Counted from the first letter of the stretch, positions 1 to 14,812 are shown. The stretch: DNA of 64,000 bases from Oopsacas minuta (GCA_024704765.1 JAKMXF010000299.1:940556-1004555); one strand, 5' to 3'. Translations and numbers: made by a program. Notes: generated by a model from the letters alone, not told the origin.

Positions 1-542
1 TACCATCCGCCTGACTTACAATATCCTTATAATACATTTTGATGTGATGACTCTTGCCATTATGGACTAATCTTGAATGTGCCCATATATTGCCATTTTT
101 GAGATTCCGCAATAATTTATGGGTAGCACCTCAAAATATTACAAGGATATGAGAAGTTGGGTGTATAATTTTAATGGCTATCCTGATTTGACCATTATTT
201 CCTTGTTTATCAAGTTATACGAGGATTTTCACAAAATACGTACGATCCATGGTCTGTGCCATAACTCAGAAACGTTGGAACTTTATCTTATCATTATTTT
301 ATATTTTGTACAGATAAGGTTTTAGATCATTGTTATTTCATAATTTTGAACATAAATGAATAATTCGCGTTCTACGTGGTTTCAAAAATTGAGCATTTTT
401 TATACACACTTACCAATTACGCTAATAGATGACATCATTCTGGTCTCAAAATTTTCATAAATATGGCTTTTTTGGATTCTTACATATCAGGAATACATTT
501 ACTTCAGTTAATTTGTATCATTTCATATTATTCACGATTAAT

Positions 543-2643
543 GGGGCCCCTGCATTAGTTCGAATTTGGAAAGTTGTTATAGATCGAATTTGGACAGTTG
601 CTGTTCGACTGTAATTTCAGACAGTTGGCGTTAGTTCGACAGTACTTTCAGACAGTTGGCGTTAGTTCGGCAGTAATTTTATAGTTTTCATTGGAATTAC
701 TCGTAGCTGTGAATTATATACTATTATTATTCCATTGAAAATTTGTAGGTATTCTTAAGGTTACGGATATCATTTCGCATACCTTGAGGTATTAGCCAGC
801 TACAATCTTTCGTCGATTAGTATAAATAATACATAATAATATAATTATCAGACAACTCCATGGAATACAAATTCGCAGATTATCGACGCCAGAATGGAAG
901 GATTTTCAAACTCCAGATGGTCAGAAATATTACAAGTCTAAAGTTAGAGAAAATAATGTTTATCTAAGATGTGTTCTTTACAGAAATGGATGTAATGCTA
1001 TTGCGAGGTTAAATCTAGTCTCAAATATAATTACTCCTGCTATAAACCATAATCATGGCATCATAGAATATCAGTATGACGTCTATGAATTAGAATCAAA
1101 ATGTAAGAATCGTGCACGGAACTCACAGGATAACCTTAGAAAAATTTTCGATGACGTAAATCGTGAAGATGCTGCAGCGTTTCATGTGTCGTTTACTGAA
1201 TGCGAATCCTCAATGTATCGTTCGAGGAGAGAATTGCAACCAAAGATTCCAACATCTCCTGCAGAAATTTCTGATATGTTGCCAAATTTAACATATGGAG
1301 CGTTTTATAGATGTACTGTCTCTATCAATGACCACACGCCTATCATATTTTTCTCACAGAATATCCGAACATTTTACCTCAAATAACCAACATCTAGTTT
1401 GATGGAACATTTTATACCGTTCCAGTCTTTTTACCAGCTTTGGACTATATTTCTGACTGTTGATCGACATGCTTTACCGGGCATACACTGTCTATGACTG
1501 GTAAGAATGAAGAACTATACAAAGCAATACTAATTCACATACGTCAACTTCAACCCACTACATCCATGTCCGATTGGGAAGCTGCTCCTCGTAAGGCTCT
1601 GAAAGAACTCTTTCCTAATATAAACTGTTTGAATGCTGGTTTCATTTTACGCAGCGAATATAGTATAAAACTCAGGAACTGGGACTTAAAGAGAGTTTTA
1701 AAGATAATATAGAAGTTGTAAGATATATACGTCAATTAATTAGCATTCCATTCCTTCCAGCTAGTCTCGTCCATCCAACCTACACACTACTTCAATTTCC
1801 TGCGACTATCATACCTACAGAAGCAATGAAATTGGAGAAACTAAACTTACTTCAAAAAGAGATGGATAACCCATGTGTCAACCCAGAAGAATTATCAATT
1901 TTTGACTCAAAATTTAGACAAATAATGGAGCTGAATTTTACCACGCAAGGCTTAAGGATAGAATTAGGGCTAATCACCCCAGAATATGGAGTTTTATGAC
2001 CCATATTAATGAAATAACAATGGATTTAGATAACGAATTTGGGATGCTGTCCCTGGGTAAGGATATAACAAGACCGAGAAATAAGACAAACATTCTGACT
2101 GATGAACGCCGTAGTCGTTGTAAACAAAAATTTCAATCCGGATGCTATATCCCGTGGGAATATATAAACGCAGTAAATCAAGCCATTGGAAATATTCGTG
2201 ATCCACAAGGGGAATTGGAATTCTCTGACTGTTCAGAAGATTCAGAAACAGATCATATTGATGATGATAATAACAACCACCAAAAATGTGTTGTTTGTCT
2301 CACTCACGAACATCCACTTGAATCTTTCTACCTCGCAAGCATGCCCAGTGCTGTATGGAATGTTGCAAACAAATCGAAGAACTTGGATAATCGTGTCCCG
2401 TCTGTGTGTCTCCAAAAGAAAGGAGGTTTGAAATATTTACCCATTAGCTTCACTATTGATACATTCATAAAATATTTGACTATTTGTTTAGGACTCATTA
2501 AATTCTTTCCAAATAAACATAGATTCTACCTTTTGGTGTAAACAACGAAGGTCGGCCAAAATCTTTCTCCAGCTAACGCCAACTGTCTGAAATTACTGTC
2601 AAGCTAACGCCAACTGTCCAAATTCGAACTAATGCAGCGCTCT
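543..2643 (+). mobile_element. Decayed Mutator-like (MULE) DNA transposon, FLYWCH + MULE transposase with C-terminal Cys-rich/RING-like remnant
   Basis: Inverted termini (CTGCATTAGTTCGAATTTGGA at 550 and its reverse complement ending ~2637) built of ~31-bp subrepeats. Degenerate flanking duplication cgattaat/cgattgat. Frameshifted frames from ATG 860 give YLRC..GC..HNH (FLYWCH-like), FDGTF, MSDWEAA and CWFH motifs. Confidence 0.8.
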
Positions 2644-5526
2644 CGATTGATGAATTTCAAATCAAAATTTATTCACTTCCTTTTATCCCTGGTTGTTAAA
2701 AATAGTGATCAGGCCTTACATTTTGTAGGCTATGATAGGTCCAACAGATTTTCGATTTTTTACTCCCTTAGATTTACAAATAGTCCGATAAGACAAATTT
2801 CCAGAAGTGAAAAGGCAAAACCCCCTATTATTTTATATGTGAATTCCGAATATTTTACTTTTGCACAGAATTGGTTCTAAAAGCCAGATTGGACTCAAAA
2901 CCTGACGCCAAAATAATTCATTTTCAACTGTACTTATACAGTTGCTGATGCGGAAATCTATTCCCTAGTCCATAATTCACAGGTTGATTTGGATCATAAT
3001 GGCCACCTGTGTATAACGTTCACCTGAAGATAGTAATTCTCATTATACTGACCACTGTATAGCTGTCACCTGTTCATACCGTCCAGCGGACATCATTTTT
3101 GGTCCATTACTTGCACTAAACATTTCTATAGTGGCCACTTTATTTAACTATCACCTTCTTATTAAGTCCCCGTTGTCTTGGCTGTCAATAATTAATCGCA
3201 TCCACTGTACTGTGATATTTAACATCAGTCATTTTTAAACACCTCTATATTACGGCATTGAACATTGTTATACTTTGGTATAATCATTTCTTATTATCTA
3301 GAAAAACCCTGGTATATATTTGATATCCAACATTTCGTTTATTTATTTTCTCAATTGTTTACATAATTGTGCTATATAGCTATTATCATTGTTTAAACTA
3401 TTTATCAAATTATAAATCATTATTGCCCTTTTAATATATAATTGGATCTATTCGGACACATAAATTGCCTCAAAACTGTATCTGAAACAGTTACCGGAAG
3501 TGAAATCTTAACTATGGTATAGCATTCGGGAGATTTCGGGAACCTAAATTTCTCCTTTTTACATTATGGATTTGCGTGTCTTTTCAGAATGTGGCAAGTT
3601 TCTTTTACTTACCATGTGTTTCCTTGAAATTATTGACACTTATCTGTCAGTGAATACCATAATTCGCCAAATATTTTCAAGTTTTCCAATTGCTGAGTGA
3701 ATATATTTTAAGAGATTTTTTGTTAACATTTATGTATTAGATTTCTGAACTTATTCTCTACCTCAATCAATTTTGTACAAATTGAAATAAGAACAACATT
3801 TATAGCCACTAGGAAAACTCTGAATCCATGACGAAATTTCAAAATTACCATGTCTGAACTCCATGACTATATAATTTATTGATTTGAACTTTAAATAATC
3901 AATGGTATGTGACAATGACTAACGATTCACAAATTTTGAAGAATTTTGGAGGATGTTGGTTAAATGACTGTTTGAGTTGACCTGGAATTCGCCTAATAGT
4001 ATTTTTTCTTTTGTTTACTTTATTTACATATTATCATTTTGTTTAGCTAAAATTGAAGCCTTATCTCAGTTCTACCTTGGGGAATCCAGGTTAAACAATC
4101 TAGAGAAAATTTTAACCAATAAATATTTGGAAATAAACGGATATATACACGGTGATTGGAGAATTTTGTTGAAAACCTCTATGAGGAGGATGGAGTTGTT
4201 CAGCTTGCTGTACTATATTGTAGATTAAATTGTCCATTAATTGCTTTTTGTATATTCAGAGTTTCAAGCACTAAGTTTCTGCAATCAATTTCGAAATCTC
4301 GAGAGAGTGTATAGAGTGTATAGATTTCACATGCATTTATATTCGCATTTCAGCAATTCGTTTCATACCAATAACCGCCTAATAGCTAGTAACTTTCTAT
4401 TGACAGTAACTTATAATTCGTCTATTAGTAGGAAACTCTTACAAATGTTCGTGGGGACTTGTAAGGTAATATCTGTTTTCTTCATGTTTCTTTTTGTCTT
4501 CCTCTTAATCTATGTTATTGAATTGCTGTTTTTGTCAGTTTTTCCGTTGTCAAGGAAGCGATTTTGGAATTTTGTATACATTTCAAATTCCTTTTTCTGA
4601 GATGTCGCATATTTATTTTAACGTATATACCAAGGGAGTAAACAGTATTCACTCTAACTTGACTAATTATATCGAATATGATGAATCTGTTTTCACGCTT
4701 TTGAATTAGTCTTATTTAAACTCTGTTTTTGTTTTTATTTGTATATAGCAAACAAATTACCCGGATCTTAAAATACTGCCAGAGACTTGCTCTCAACGAC
4801 TACAATGATGTAAATAAATAGACTGAAACCAAATTTCACATTTTCAACTTTCTCATATCTAAATTTATTGTTGTTTGTATATATATTGTAAGCAACTTTC
4901 TAAATAGTTCCCGGAACTTTGTTTCAATTGTTATTGTAGGCACTAGAATAACCTTTGAAACAAAATAGGATCTGGGTTAATGGAGAACACTGACTCCAAA
5001 TATGATTTGTAGCAATTTGTTGTTGTTTAAAAGTGAAGAAATTTCTAAATAGTCTTAGAAACTTAGTTTCGACGTTAATAAAGGGGCAATCGCGTACCCT
5101 GATTCCACATTTGAATGTACTCACGTCTAAATAATTGTTCTTATGAAAATATCGAAGCACGAAGTGCATAGTTACCTGCGAAAGTGTCCGAAAGCCACGC
5201 ACCGTGAGCAAGCTAAACTGATTTTGACATTTTAAGGAGAATCTATATAAAACGACACTTCATTTTATTCAATTCCCACACCCTGCAGTATTCTGTTAAT
5301 GGATAAAGCTGGGATTAAATCTCTGTTTGTTTTTCCATAGACATATAACATGAAACCAGGAAAATAACAGTTTTCCCTATAACGGGCTAATTGGGACTTT
5401 TTTGTTGATTTTACCGGAAATTTGCTGAAAATTTTATTTTCAATGTGTTCGAATTTTATTAGGAATTTACTGTTGATATTTGTCACTTAAACGGTGCTCA
5501 TTGATAAAGTGAAATACCCACAACTG

Positions 5527-7300
5527 GTAACAATACCAGCGTTTGCCGAGCGGTCTTTGCGTTCACGCATCTGAGACAGCCTAGTGCCTCAGGTTAGCTT
5601 AATTATTAAACAGCTAAATTTCTTGATGGTTTGGGTCGCTACGCGCCCGGGTATTTACTTGACACTGTGGGGTACCTGTGATTCAAATTTCAAACTTTCA
5701 TCATGTCTATTGGCTGAGCAGTGGTCAACATTGTAATTTTTCGTGCGTCCAAAAAGGTGACAATTCCGTTATCATTTCGTCATATATGTGGATTTTCGTT
5801 CAAGACTCGAACTTGCTAAATTATCTTACATCTTTGCATTTTATGAGTTAGATAACTTGTATTAGCCACATCTACTTAAAATATTGTATCTCATTAGTAC
5901 TTTTTTTAATTGGGAATACATTTCCCCTATATTTTTAAAAAATTTTGGTGCATATTTATTGTTGCATCATCTTGACACGAACACTTTTTTATAATCACAT
6001 ATTTCTGTAGTTATATTCTGATTTAATAGCATTTATTATTCCCAAGTCTCAGACTGAGGAAGGGAAGCACGCAATTATACTTCTGAAGGCGAAGAAACAC
6101 TCTGTTAAGGAAATATCTAGAATTGTAGGGGTCTCTTTATCAACGGTTTACAGCCTAAAATCCCGATTAAGTGATGTTTGCCAATTGAACGAAGAAAAGG
6201 GAGCGGGAGACCAGGGAAAATACTCCAATTAATAACGAACAGTATCGCACAATAAATCAAGAGAACCCTACATTTCTCTTAGAGCTATGGCAGATAAGTT
6301 TCCAGTTACTACCTCAAAGAATACGGTTGCACGTGCTTTAACGAGGTTAAAGTATACTAAGCCATACCCTAGCCCCATTCCTCTACTATCTGAGAAAAAT
6401 CCTATATGACGACTTGAATGGGCAGAGAAAAATCTTAGTAACGACTGGCAACATGCTTTATTCGCCGATGAGGCTTCGATTTGGATCGCATGTGGACCAA
6501 GGAAGGTACTGAGTGGCTGAGAACAACAGTGAAACATCACCAAAAAATCAACATTTGGGCAGCTTTTTCGTCTGTAGGAACGTTTCTATTATGTATTTCC
6601 AAGAAATACCCACAGTAGCTCTCTTTGTGAATATATTAGGGGGGGCAATTGATAACACAAGCAACTGTTTTTCAAGGGTCTGAGTGGTTTTTGTGCAGGA
6701 TAACGATCCAAAACACACAGCCAAACTAACCAAGGCATAAATTGACAAAAAATATGAAACAAAACAGAGTAGACTGGCCAGGTCAAAGTCCAGAGGTAAC
6801 CCTATTGAATCTTGTTCGCCTGAATTAAGTTAGAACTAATCAAACGCAAACGTAAGAATATTCGAGACCTCAAATTACAATTTTGAAAATTTGGGTGGGG
6901 ATAGATGCAGATTTTCTTCGACATTATTGGGCTTCAATGCCAAAGGCTGTCAGCTGTTTCTGGAAAGTAACGGTTATAAGATAAAATACTGAAAACCTAC
7001 TAAATTACTTTATATATTTCGGAAAACATTGGAGTGATCTTTAAATTAATATAATTTGAAATGATTTATCTATTCCAGTTTTTAATGGGACATATTGCAT
7101 ATGTTTGTATGTCAGTTATTGGAGAAACTGGAAGACCCCAGGGCTGATCTTTCACTCCTATGACCTATCGACGTCATGGCCACCTTTTTGTCTTTCGAAA
7201 AATCACACTCTTAACTACTGCTCAGCCAATCTACATTATTGAAGTTTGAATTTAGCTGTTCGATTCTTAAGTAACTTGTGCAGCTAAGCTGTCTCGCTGA
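5527..7300. repeat. Long-inverted-repeat non-autonomous element with a Tc1 relic in its middle
   Basis: ~5570-5760 is an imperfect reverse complement of ~7170-7300 (GAGACAGC..AACAGCTAAATT..CAAACTT..ATTGGCTGAGCAGT). Confidence 0.5.
6040..7100 (+). pseudogene. Tc1-like transposase relic
   Basis: Frameshifted + strand motifs FADEAS (~6460), QDNDPKHT (~6697) and WPGQSP..NPIE (~6775-6810); many stops; ends approximate. Confidence 0.75.
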
Positions 7301-9716
7301 AAGGGTTGGGGTCAATTACATTTGTTCAATTACACTGTGTGGATATTTACTTTTAATAATGAATGCAGTAAACAAGATAGGGCATAGATTAAGACAATCT
7401 TAATAACTAACCAAATTATGAGACGGATATTATACTAATCTACTATTTAAGAAGGGTGATGCTATTTCCAACTCAAATTGAATTCTTAATGGTAACTAGA
7501 GTTGCACCTTATGAACATTAGTTCTTCAAACCGATTATCTGATATCCGACATCTCTCCGGTTTGAAAACCTTTCCGGCTATCGAATACAACCTTCAACAG
7601 GGGCTGAAGAAGTGGGGGTTGCAAGATACCACAAGGCAACTTTAGTAAGCTGAGGAAATTCTTCCTGGTGTTGCTGCCAATAGATTAGTGGCTCAGCATC
7701 CTATGATATCGTTGGTTGAGAGAGAGAGATCTCCACCTGGGTTTGTGACGGTTCCTTTGAATTCGATATTGGAGTACTTTGAGATACCATAAAGTTGAAT
7801 AGTTTGCATCTTTTCCTTGCAGGTGATGATGTTGTCTCCAATTCATCCATTTCATCCATTTCATTTGGTCCATATTGTAATGAGACTTTTCAATAAGGAG
7901 ATTAATATAACGAGTAACTTCATCAGGTCTACACCAGTCTAATTTCCACCTTGGATCAAGGATTGGTACAATTTGAAATCTTTCATTTTGTTCTTATCAT
8001 GCAAAACGGGTATTAACTGATGATATTAAAGTTGCAACAAATTGTGATTTGTATTTGGAAGAAAGAGTGGTAGTATAAGACTAGCTGTGACGAAGTCCTG
8101 ACCTTGGCACTGATCTGTTGCTATCTCAAAGGGAGTGAGTATTTCTGTGATTTCTTTGAGGATCTTCATTTCGTACTTACTAAGTTTGCCATAGAAATCT
8201 AACATTTTCATTTTCGCAGGATCCGCTTGAAGAATAGACTTTAGCTTCTTATTAATATAATTCCACCTTGTATCATTCTTTGCTTGTAAATTATATCATT
8301 TTCAAATAACTCTGTATCCAAGGTTGAATGGCGGATGTGGCTAACCAGGTTGGACGCTTTATTAATAGTATTCGATATTGATCTTATCTCCTTCAGTCTA
8401 TCCTTAACTACTAGTTGAAGAGTATGTGCAAAGCAGGGGCGTGTTTAGGGCGGTAATCCAAAATATTGAAACCAGGAAGGAATTCCATTTCATTGTCCTC
8501 CTCATCACTGTCATTATCACTTACGTTATCTTCTTCAAATCCAGAAAGAGTTGCAACGCTTTAATCATATTTACAGCATCGTCAGTGATTATTGTAGTAA
8601 TCTTTCTCTCAATATTGAAACTACAAGTGACTTGTTGGTAGTTTAGAAGTATGTTTTCAGCAGTGTGAGGACCCTTAAAGCGACGACAGGCTAACATGAC
8701 ACTCTTGAGTTTGAAATCTTCAATAAAATGTCCTGTTATGCCAACATAACTTCTCATATCTCTACTCGACCAGAGGTCTAATGTCAAACAGATAGCATCA
8801 ACTGCGTTGAGACACGTAAGATTGTTGGCATGCAATTGAGTTGTTCTCTCAGGTAGGAGCCTGGTAAGATGTTTGCGGCTAGGTAAGATGTAGGCTGGTT
8901 GAGCTTTATGTAATAGTGTACGGAAATTCGGATCATCAACTCTGGAAAGTGATTGTAATGAGCAAGCATTAAAGTTTACAGCACTTTTTGTAAGATCTAT
9001 TCGCCCAGGGTCTTTAAAACTCCAAGTGTCTGATGTAACAGAAATAAATTTCATAATACTCTGATCGGAAGGTGAACCAGGCTCGGGATTTATGTCAACT
9101 TCTGGATGATGCCTCTAGTGATTAGAATAAGAGTAATTTGACCTTTCAATGGTGAAAATGTAACTACTTATTTTGAAACTTACCTTCATGTGAGTATGGA
9201 AGTTGGAGGTTGTATAGAAGCCAGATACCAATTTGTTACAGTGTTTACATTTCAATTTAAATGTGCGCTAGTGTGATTTTCAAGAGGATCAAAGTGATTA
9301 AATATAGGAAGAGACATTGTAAATGAAATTTTGATGTGAATACTACGTTGCAAGTTGTTATAACAAATGAAGGTTCTAATTTATATTATATTTTGACAAT
9401 GACTAGTATATTTGGCTTCTTTGTTAAATGAAAATGTTAATCGTTTCATTTGTTTTTTCACAAGTTCCATGCATTTTTTAGTATTCATGCTGTAGTGGTA
9501 TTTATAGGAACTTTGTGTTTCCGGACACACAGAATTTTATAATTTACTGGAACATTTCACACCCATGAAAAACCAAAAATGTAATTGAAATATAATTGAA
9601 CTATTACACCAAATTGGAAATCAATTACGATTAATTACGATTATAAGACTCCTGAAATTTGCAATTACAATTAAATTACTATTACACTATTATAATTGTA
9701 ATTGACCCCAACCCTG
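7301..9716 (-). mobile_element. Decayed hAT (ZBED-type) transposon
   Basis: TIRs (C/A)AGGGTTGGGGTCAATTAC at 7301 and 9716. Minus-strand BED finger (KCKHC..H ~9190-9250), ORF 8521-9054 with DLWSS, GITGHFI, HTAENI and TDDAVNM, and ORF 8026-8211 (LTPFEIATDQCQG..TASLILP). No matching TSD. Confidence 0.85.
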
Positions 9717-10849
9717 CCCACAACTGAGCTTCAGATGTATTCAAGAAATAATAGCTATTCTAATCAGACTTTCACTATCAATACAATCACTGACATCACT
9801 TTTCAAATTGTTATACACTGTTAAATCAGAGTCAGATGATGCCCACACAATAGGAAGCCTATCGTCTCGTAACTCGAATTCAAGTGTCGATAAATCTAAG
9901 TTATGTAATCAGAATGCATTATAATGCATACTGGCTTCGCCTCATATACCTACAATTATACGTATATGAGGCGAATTACTGAAGTTTTCATTTAGTATTA
10001 TATTCGAATACACTCAATGTAAATATCTTGATCATATACATCTACAATAAAATTCTCCCAAATACAGATGTTTCTTTAAGATATCTGGAAACAATTGAAG
10101 AATTTTGGGATCCAGAGTGCAAGATCTAGTAAAAGAGCTCTGAATGATCATTAAGTTCAAGCGAGCTTTTAGTCAAAATCATCTAGTTCATTCTCAACTC
10201 ACAAGATCGTTTTAAACACTTGATGTTAATTTCAAAAATTCATGTGAATTACTTCTCGTGATAGTTCAACCTAATTATTTGAATTAGCAAATATATTGAC
10301 TCTATCATGAATCAGCACAATTAGCCAACTCAAATCCGAAAATAATGTATATTTATATCAAAATCATTTGAATCCATCCTGAACCTACTACAGAAAAACA
10401 CTTGCATTAGAAACATGTATTTTCCTCGTCTTAACATGATAGTCGCACGGACTATACTTTGTTAATGCCTAGAGTCCTAAGTTCAAAAGAATAAAGGTTC
10501 AAAATTCTAAAATTCAACCATTATGGACATACTCTACATTTTAGAAGTTTAGGCTTACAATATGACCTTATTCTTGCAAATCAGTTGAGAACTATTGAGT
10601 TATTGTAGGTATATAGTTGCTCAATGGTTCTCAAACGACTTAATAATTTGCATCATGTTTAATGGTAGAGGGCCCATGGACCCCATAATATTGACCAAAT
10701 GGATCCACTGTTGAAAGAATGATTAAAACCATATCAGTAGCTAGTTACAAATCATTATATTTATTGGAATGCAGCACCGAAATTTCGTGGGCCTACTAAG
10801 TGTTTATATAGAAATATATTACAGTTGTGGAATTGTCGCACCTATACCG

Positions 10850-11340
10850 AACCCTCGTGCTGCCCTGGTTCCGTGTATTACCCAGACTAAACTTGATGCT
10901 CCCATCAATGGATAATTTTGGATACACTTTGGAATCTGGCAATCATAGACATCTTATTGTCTTCAGTATTTGATATTAGGCTTACTTTCATAGTTTGAAA
11001 TTCGAGACACCACGTCAATTTCTGGTGGACTGTGTGGAATAGTAAACTTGGCATTCGGTAAAATAGATGGTACTGCACCTTCGTTCAACTTTCAAGACTT
11101 GCTAGGGGCTTTTCATCAGTCTTCGCTGATACGCTATGTGCGAACTGAAATTTTCACTGTGATGCCTGGAATCTCCGGTATATAGTCCGATGCTATGAGT
11201 GTCTGATTTCATCTAGCTTGTATGGCATCATTAATATCGGCTATTGTTCCTCATTGTTATCTGGTCAGGACAGGTATATGTGTATGATATGTGTACGAGA
11301 GGACACTCGAAAGGTTATTACTTTCGTATACTTCTGAAAT
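10850..11340 (-). pseudogene. Possible THAP-domain relic of a DNA transposon
   Basis: Minus-strand KLNEGAVPSIL (~11070-11100) resembles the THAP AVPTIF box; the rest is too decayed to confirm. Confidence 0.3.
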
Positions 11341-12380
11341 TGACACTTTATATATTGTTATTTCTTTGTATCAGAATACTCATTATTACAATATAGCATT
11401 TGTGTTTATCCATGTAATATTTATCATCACAATTAATTTTCTATGGTTATGATTTTGATTTGCAATAAATTTGAGAAGCTCCCCATCTAGTTAGTATTTT
11501 TATCTTAATAAAGCAACCATTCTTTGGGCATAGAAATTATTATCCGAAACACGCAAGGGATATCTTCAAGCCAGTAGAATGGCTAAAAGGCGTAACTATA
11601 AGTGAAATCTTGTAAAAACTCAAGTTTTTATATGCGGGCTGCAATTAGCTTTACCCCAATGTAGAGTAAAATCCATCATTCCCTGGTTGTGTTTCGGTTA
11701 TTTTGGCTCTTTAGGTAGCCAAAAGTAGGAATCCGAATTAATAGGAACTGGGCTTCAACTTCTATTAAGATTATTTATATGAACCTCTAACATCGATAAA
11801 ATGTTGAGCACCGCTGTTTCCTGACAGGTTAAAACTTCAATTGCTTTTTTGGAACCATTACCTTTGGTTGCATCCACTACTTGGATTATTATGTATTTCA
11901 TTGCGAAAACGGAGTATTTCAGTTTGTTCTTATGCTAGTAACTCAGAAAGAATCATTGATAATTGAGTGATACATATGTCAAAATGATCGCAAAAGTTTA
12001 TTACAGACTTCAAGAATCAGACAACAAAGATTTCAGGATAGTTATGGGACAAGGCCTACAGAGAAAGAAATTCTTAATTATTGTGTTGGTAAATGTTGTA
12101 AAAAGAATTTTGATTTTGGCTCAATCCAAGTATGTATTACACCAGGATTCATTATCACTTCTCTATTAATGTCTGTACTTTTGGGATATTGAGTGGAAAT
12201 TTGTATCTTCAATGCCTGCCTGACCTTAAAAATGGTGTGATAAATGCTAAGTTGTTACGTCTTTAACGAAAACGTATTAAGTATACTCGCAGTTTATAAT
12301 ACATCATATATTTTATATCTACAATTTTAGATGGTAAATTTTTCCTGAATTGCTATTGATATTTTGCATCAAAGCAGTAC

Positions 12381-12522
12381 TAGGGGGTAGCTACCATTGA
12401 GGCCGAGGAGGCAGTTGCCTCCTCGCTTTTTCGGGCGTTGCTTCATCTCCTTTTGTAATCGCCATTATACTGATGCAAATATCCATCCTTGCCTCCTTGC
12501 TCTTGGGCTCTAATTACGCCCC
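12381..12522. mobile_element. Small hAT-type MITE
   Basis: Degenerate GGGG(C)GTAGCTA/TAATTACGCCCC termini; flanks agcagtac/agcagtag (7/8 match to an 8-bp TSD). Confidence 0.55.
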
Positions 12523-13126
12523 AGCAGTAGCTCTCGAATTGTTAATGAGAAATCTCTCAACATAGTTGACCAAATTATATAATACTTCATAATTATGTGA
12601 TATTCAGGTCTGACTATGTTTCGTCTACTATTTCGGAGTTATCCCAGACTTCTTTTACGTTAACGCGTTTTATACAACTTGGGATAAATGGTTCATTCAT
12701 TGTGCGATCTTGGTATTAATCTCAAGAATTAATTACACTCGTCGAAATTTCCTTTAAGTTTCGTACTTTTCTAGACACGTATTATAGATATACAACAAAT
12801 AATGATCATGACTTTATATGGACATTTATCAAGGTGAAAGTCTGATTAGGTGGTCCTCAAAGCCATAGTTATCTAACACAAAGTTATTCGAAAACATTAC
12901 GAGGTAACAGAATGATTATTTTCAATGTCACTTTTGAGGCACGTTAGAAATGGCTGACTCGTGTGTTAGAGGTATATAGATGTTATGTGGATAGTTTCAT
13001 GCATTTTGAAAAATGCACACAAGCAGATAATTCGGACCTTAACAGTTCTATTATAATAGACAATAATTGTATTTATGTATATCTTAGAATTTTTTCACTC
13101 CACATTCTTCATTCAGATTCATTCTA

Positions 13127-14478
13127 CAGTGCCGGTCAAAAAGAATTGCCCAGAATAAATTTACCTCAAATTCTTATATCTATGACTGATTTTAACAATA
13201 ATGCTTTATTATAATCAAGTAAATTGTTGTTAGTATTTAGTAGTACCTCCTCTTGCTTGAATTACGGCTTTACATCTTTGCGGCAACTCTCAATTAGAGT
13301 ATGGAGCCTGTTAATGTCGATGCTATCCCAAGTGCTTAATATGGCATTCCACAACTTTGAGTGGTTGGATGGGCTTTTCTCTTGAATTCTGAGGGAAATG
13401 TGATCCCAGAGATTCTCAATCGGATTTAGATCAGGTGACTGAGCAGGCCAATTCATAACCTCTATTTTTTGCTCACCAAACCATTGCTTAGTACCCTTTG
13501 ACTTATGGCATGGGGCGTTGTCTTGCTGAAAGGTCCAGTCAGAATGTAGAGAATGCAAATCAACGCTTGGGATTAGTGCATTTTCCAATATATCAATGTA
13601 GGAATTTGTCTTGAGGTTCCCAGATACTTTCCACAAGAGTCCTACGCCACTCCAGCAAAAGCATCCCCAAACCATGATGCCACCTCCACTAAACTTGCAA
13701 GTTTTTTGAAGACACTTCTCTGAGAACTCCTCCCCTTTCATCCTCCTGACGTAGGCTCTCCCGTCATTAGTATACAGAAAGAACCTAGATTCGTCACTGA
13801 ACACAACTCTTGCCCATTCTTCAGTATTCCAATTCTTGTGCGATCTTGCGAAGGAAAGTCGGTCTCTTTTGTGCTGGTAGTAAGGCGGGGCTTCCTTCGC
13901 GGTTTTCGTCCGAACAGTCCAGCCCCTCGTAATCTTCTCTGAACTGTTGAAGTGGAAAGTTTTATCGAATATTCTGATAACACTTCAGCTTTGATCTGAG
14001 TAGCAGTCTTAAATCGATCCTTTTTGCATTTTCTGACCAATAAATTGTCTTGCCTTTTGGTTGTGACACGAGGCCTACCCGGAATAGCGAGGTCTCTTAC
14101 CGTGCCAGTCAGCCTGTGTTTCTTGAGGATCTCGGCTACACTTTTTTGGCTACACCCAACCATTTTAGCTACCTCCCTCTGAGTATGGCCACTTTCTGAA
14201 AGTAGGATCAGGTTGGCTCGATTTTCAATGGTAATTCGGGGTTTAGAAGGCATCGAAAATTCGATAAAAACAGATAAATTGGAAAAAAAGAATACAAAAT
14301 AAAAACTGTAGGTTGTGCAAATATAATAAATGGATTAGCTGTGTTGGTGCGTTACTTGTCAAAATACATATGCCTGAGTATGGTTTCGCAAGAATTCAAC
14401 TATCTGGTCAGTGTATACAATTTGACATTTGCTATACTGTATACATTCATTTTGAGCAATTCTTTTTGACCGGCACTG
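13127..14478 (-). mobile_element. Full-length Tc1 (DD34E) transposon, transposase broken by one frameshift
   Basis: TIR CAGTGCCGGTCAAAAAGAATTGC at both ends with TA TSD. ORFs 14253-13738 (paired HTH) and 13804-13262 (FSDESRF, QDNAPCH, SPDLNPIENLW) join with a 1-bp shift near 13870. Confidence 0.95.
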
Positions 14479-14642
14479 TATATTCATTGTCATATCTTCA
14501 TTGTTAATGTTACTGCTTTCGCATTTAAATTATGTATTATACCATTTGTTTATGGAACATTGTTATTTGGGAAACCTGTAACATATATTTGGTTTCATTT
14601 TCTAATTCTTGGACCATTTTATATTTCACCTGTTACTTTTAG

Positions 14643-14812
14643 AATATGCTGTATGTATGTTCATTTGACTGATACTTCACAATATACTATCCTTTTCTCC
14701 CATGGAAATGCTGTTGACCTTGGCCAGATGTCCAGTTTTTACGTTGCTCTTGGTACCAAGATCAATTGTAACATTTTTTCTTACGACTATTCCGGCTATG
14801 GCGCTAGTAGTG
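14643..14812 (+). CDS. ABHD17: ABHD17-family depalmitoylase, internal exon ([58 protein letters not shown])
   Basis: Hallmark [13 protein letters not shown] and [11 protein letters not shown] motifs. Acceptor ttttag ends at 14642; donor gtgagt at 14813 (phase 1). Upstream exon(s) not located. Confidence 0.95.

Noticed and set aside
590-680. CRISPR-like direct repeats
   Set aside because: Tandem units without unique spacers, mirrored at 2570-2635; they are MULE TIR subrepeats in eukaryotic DNA.
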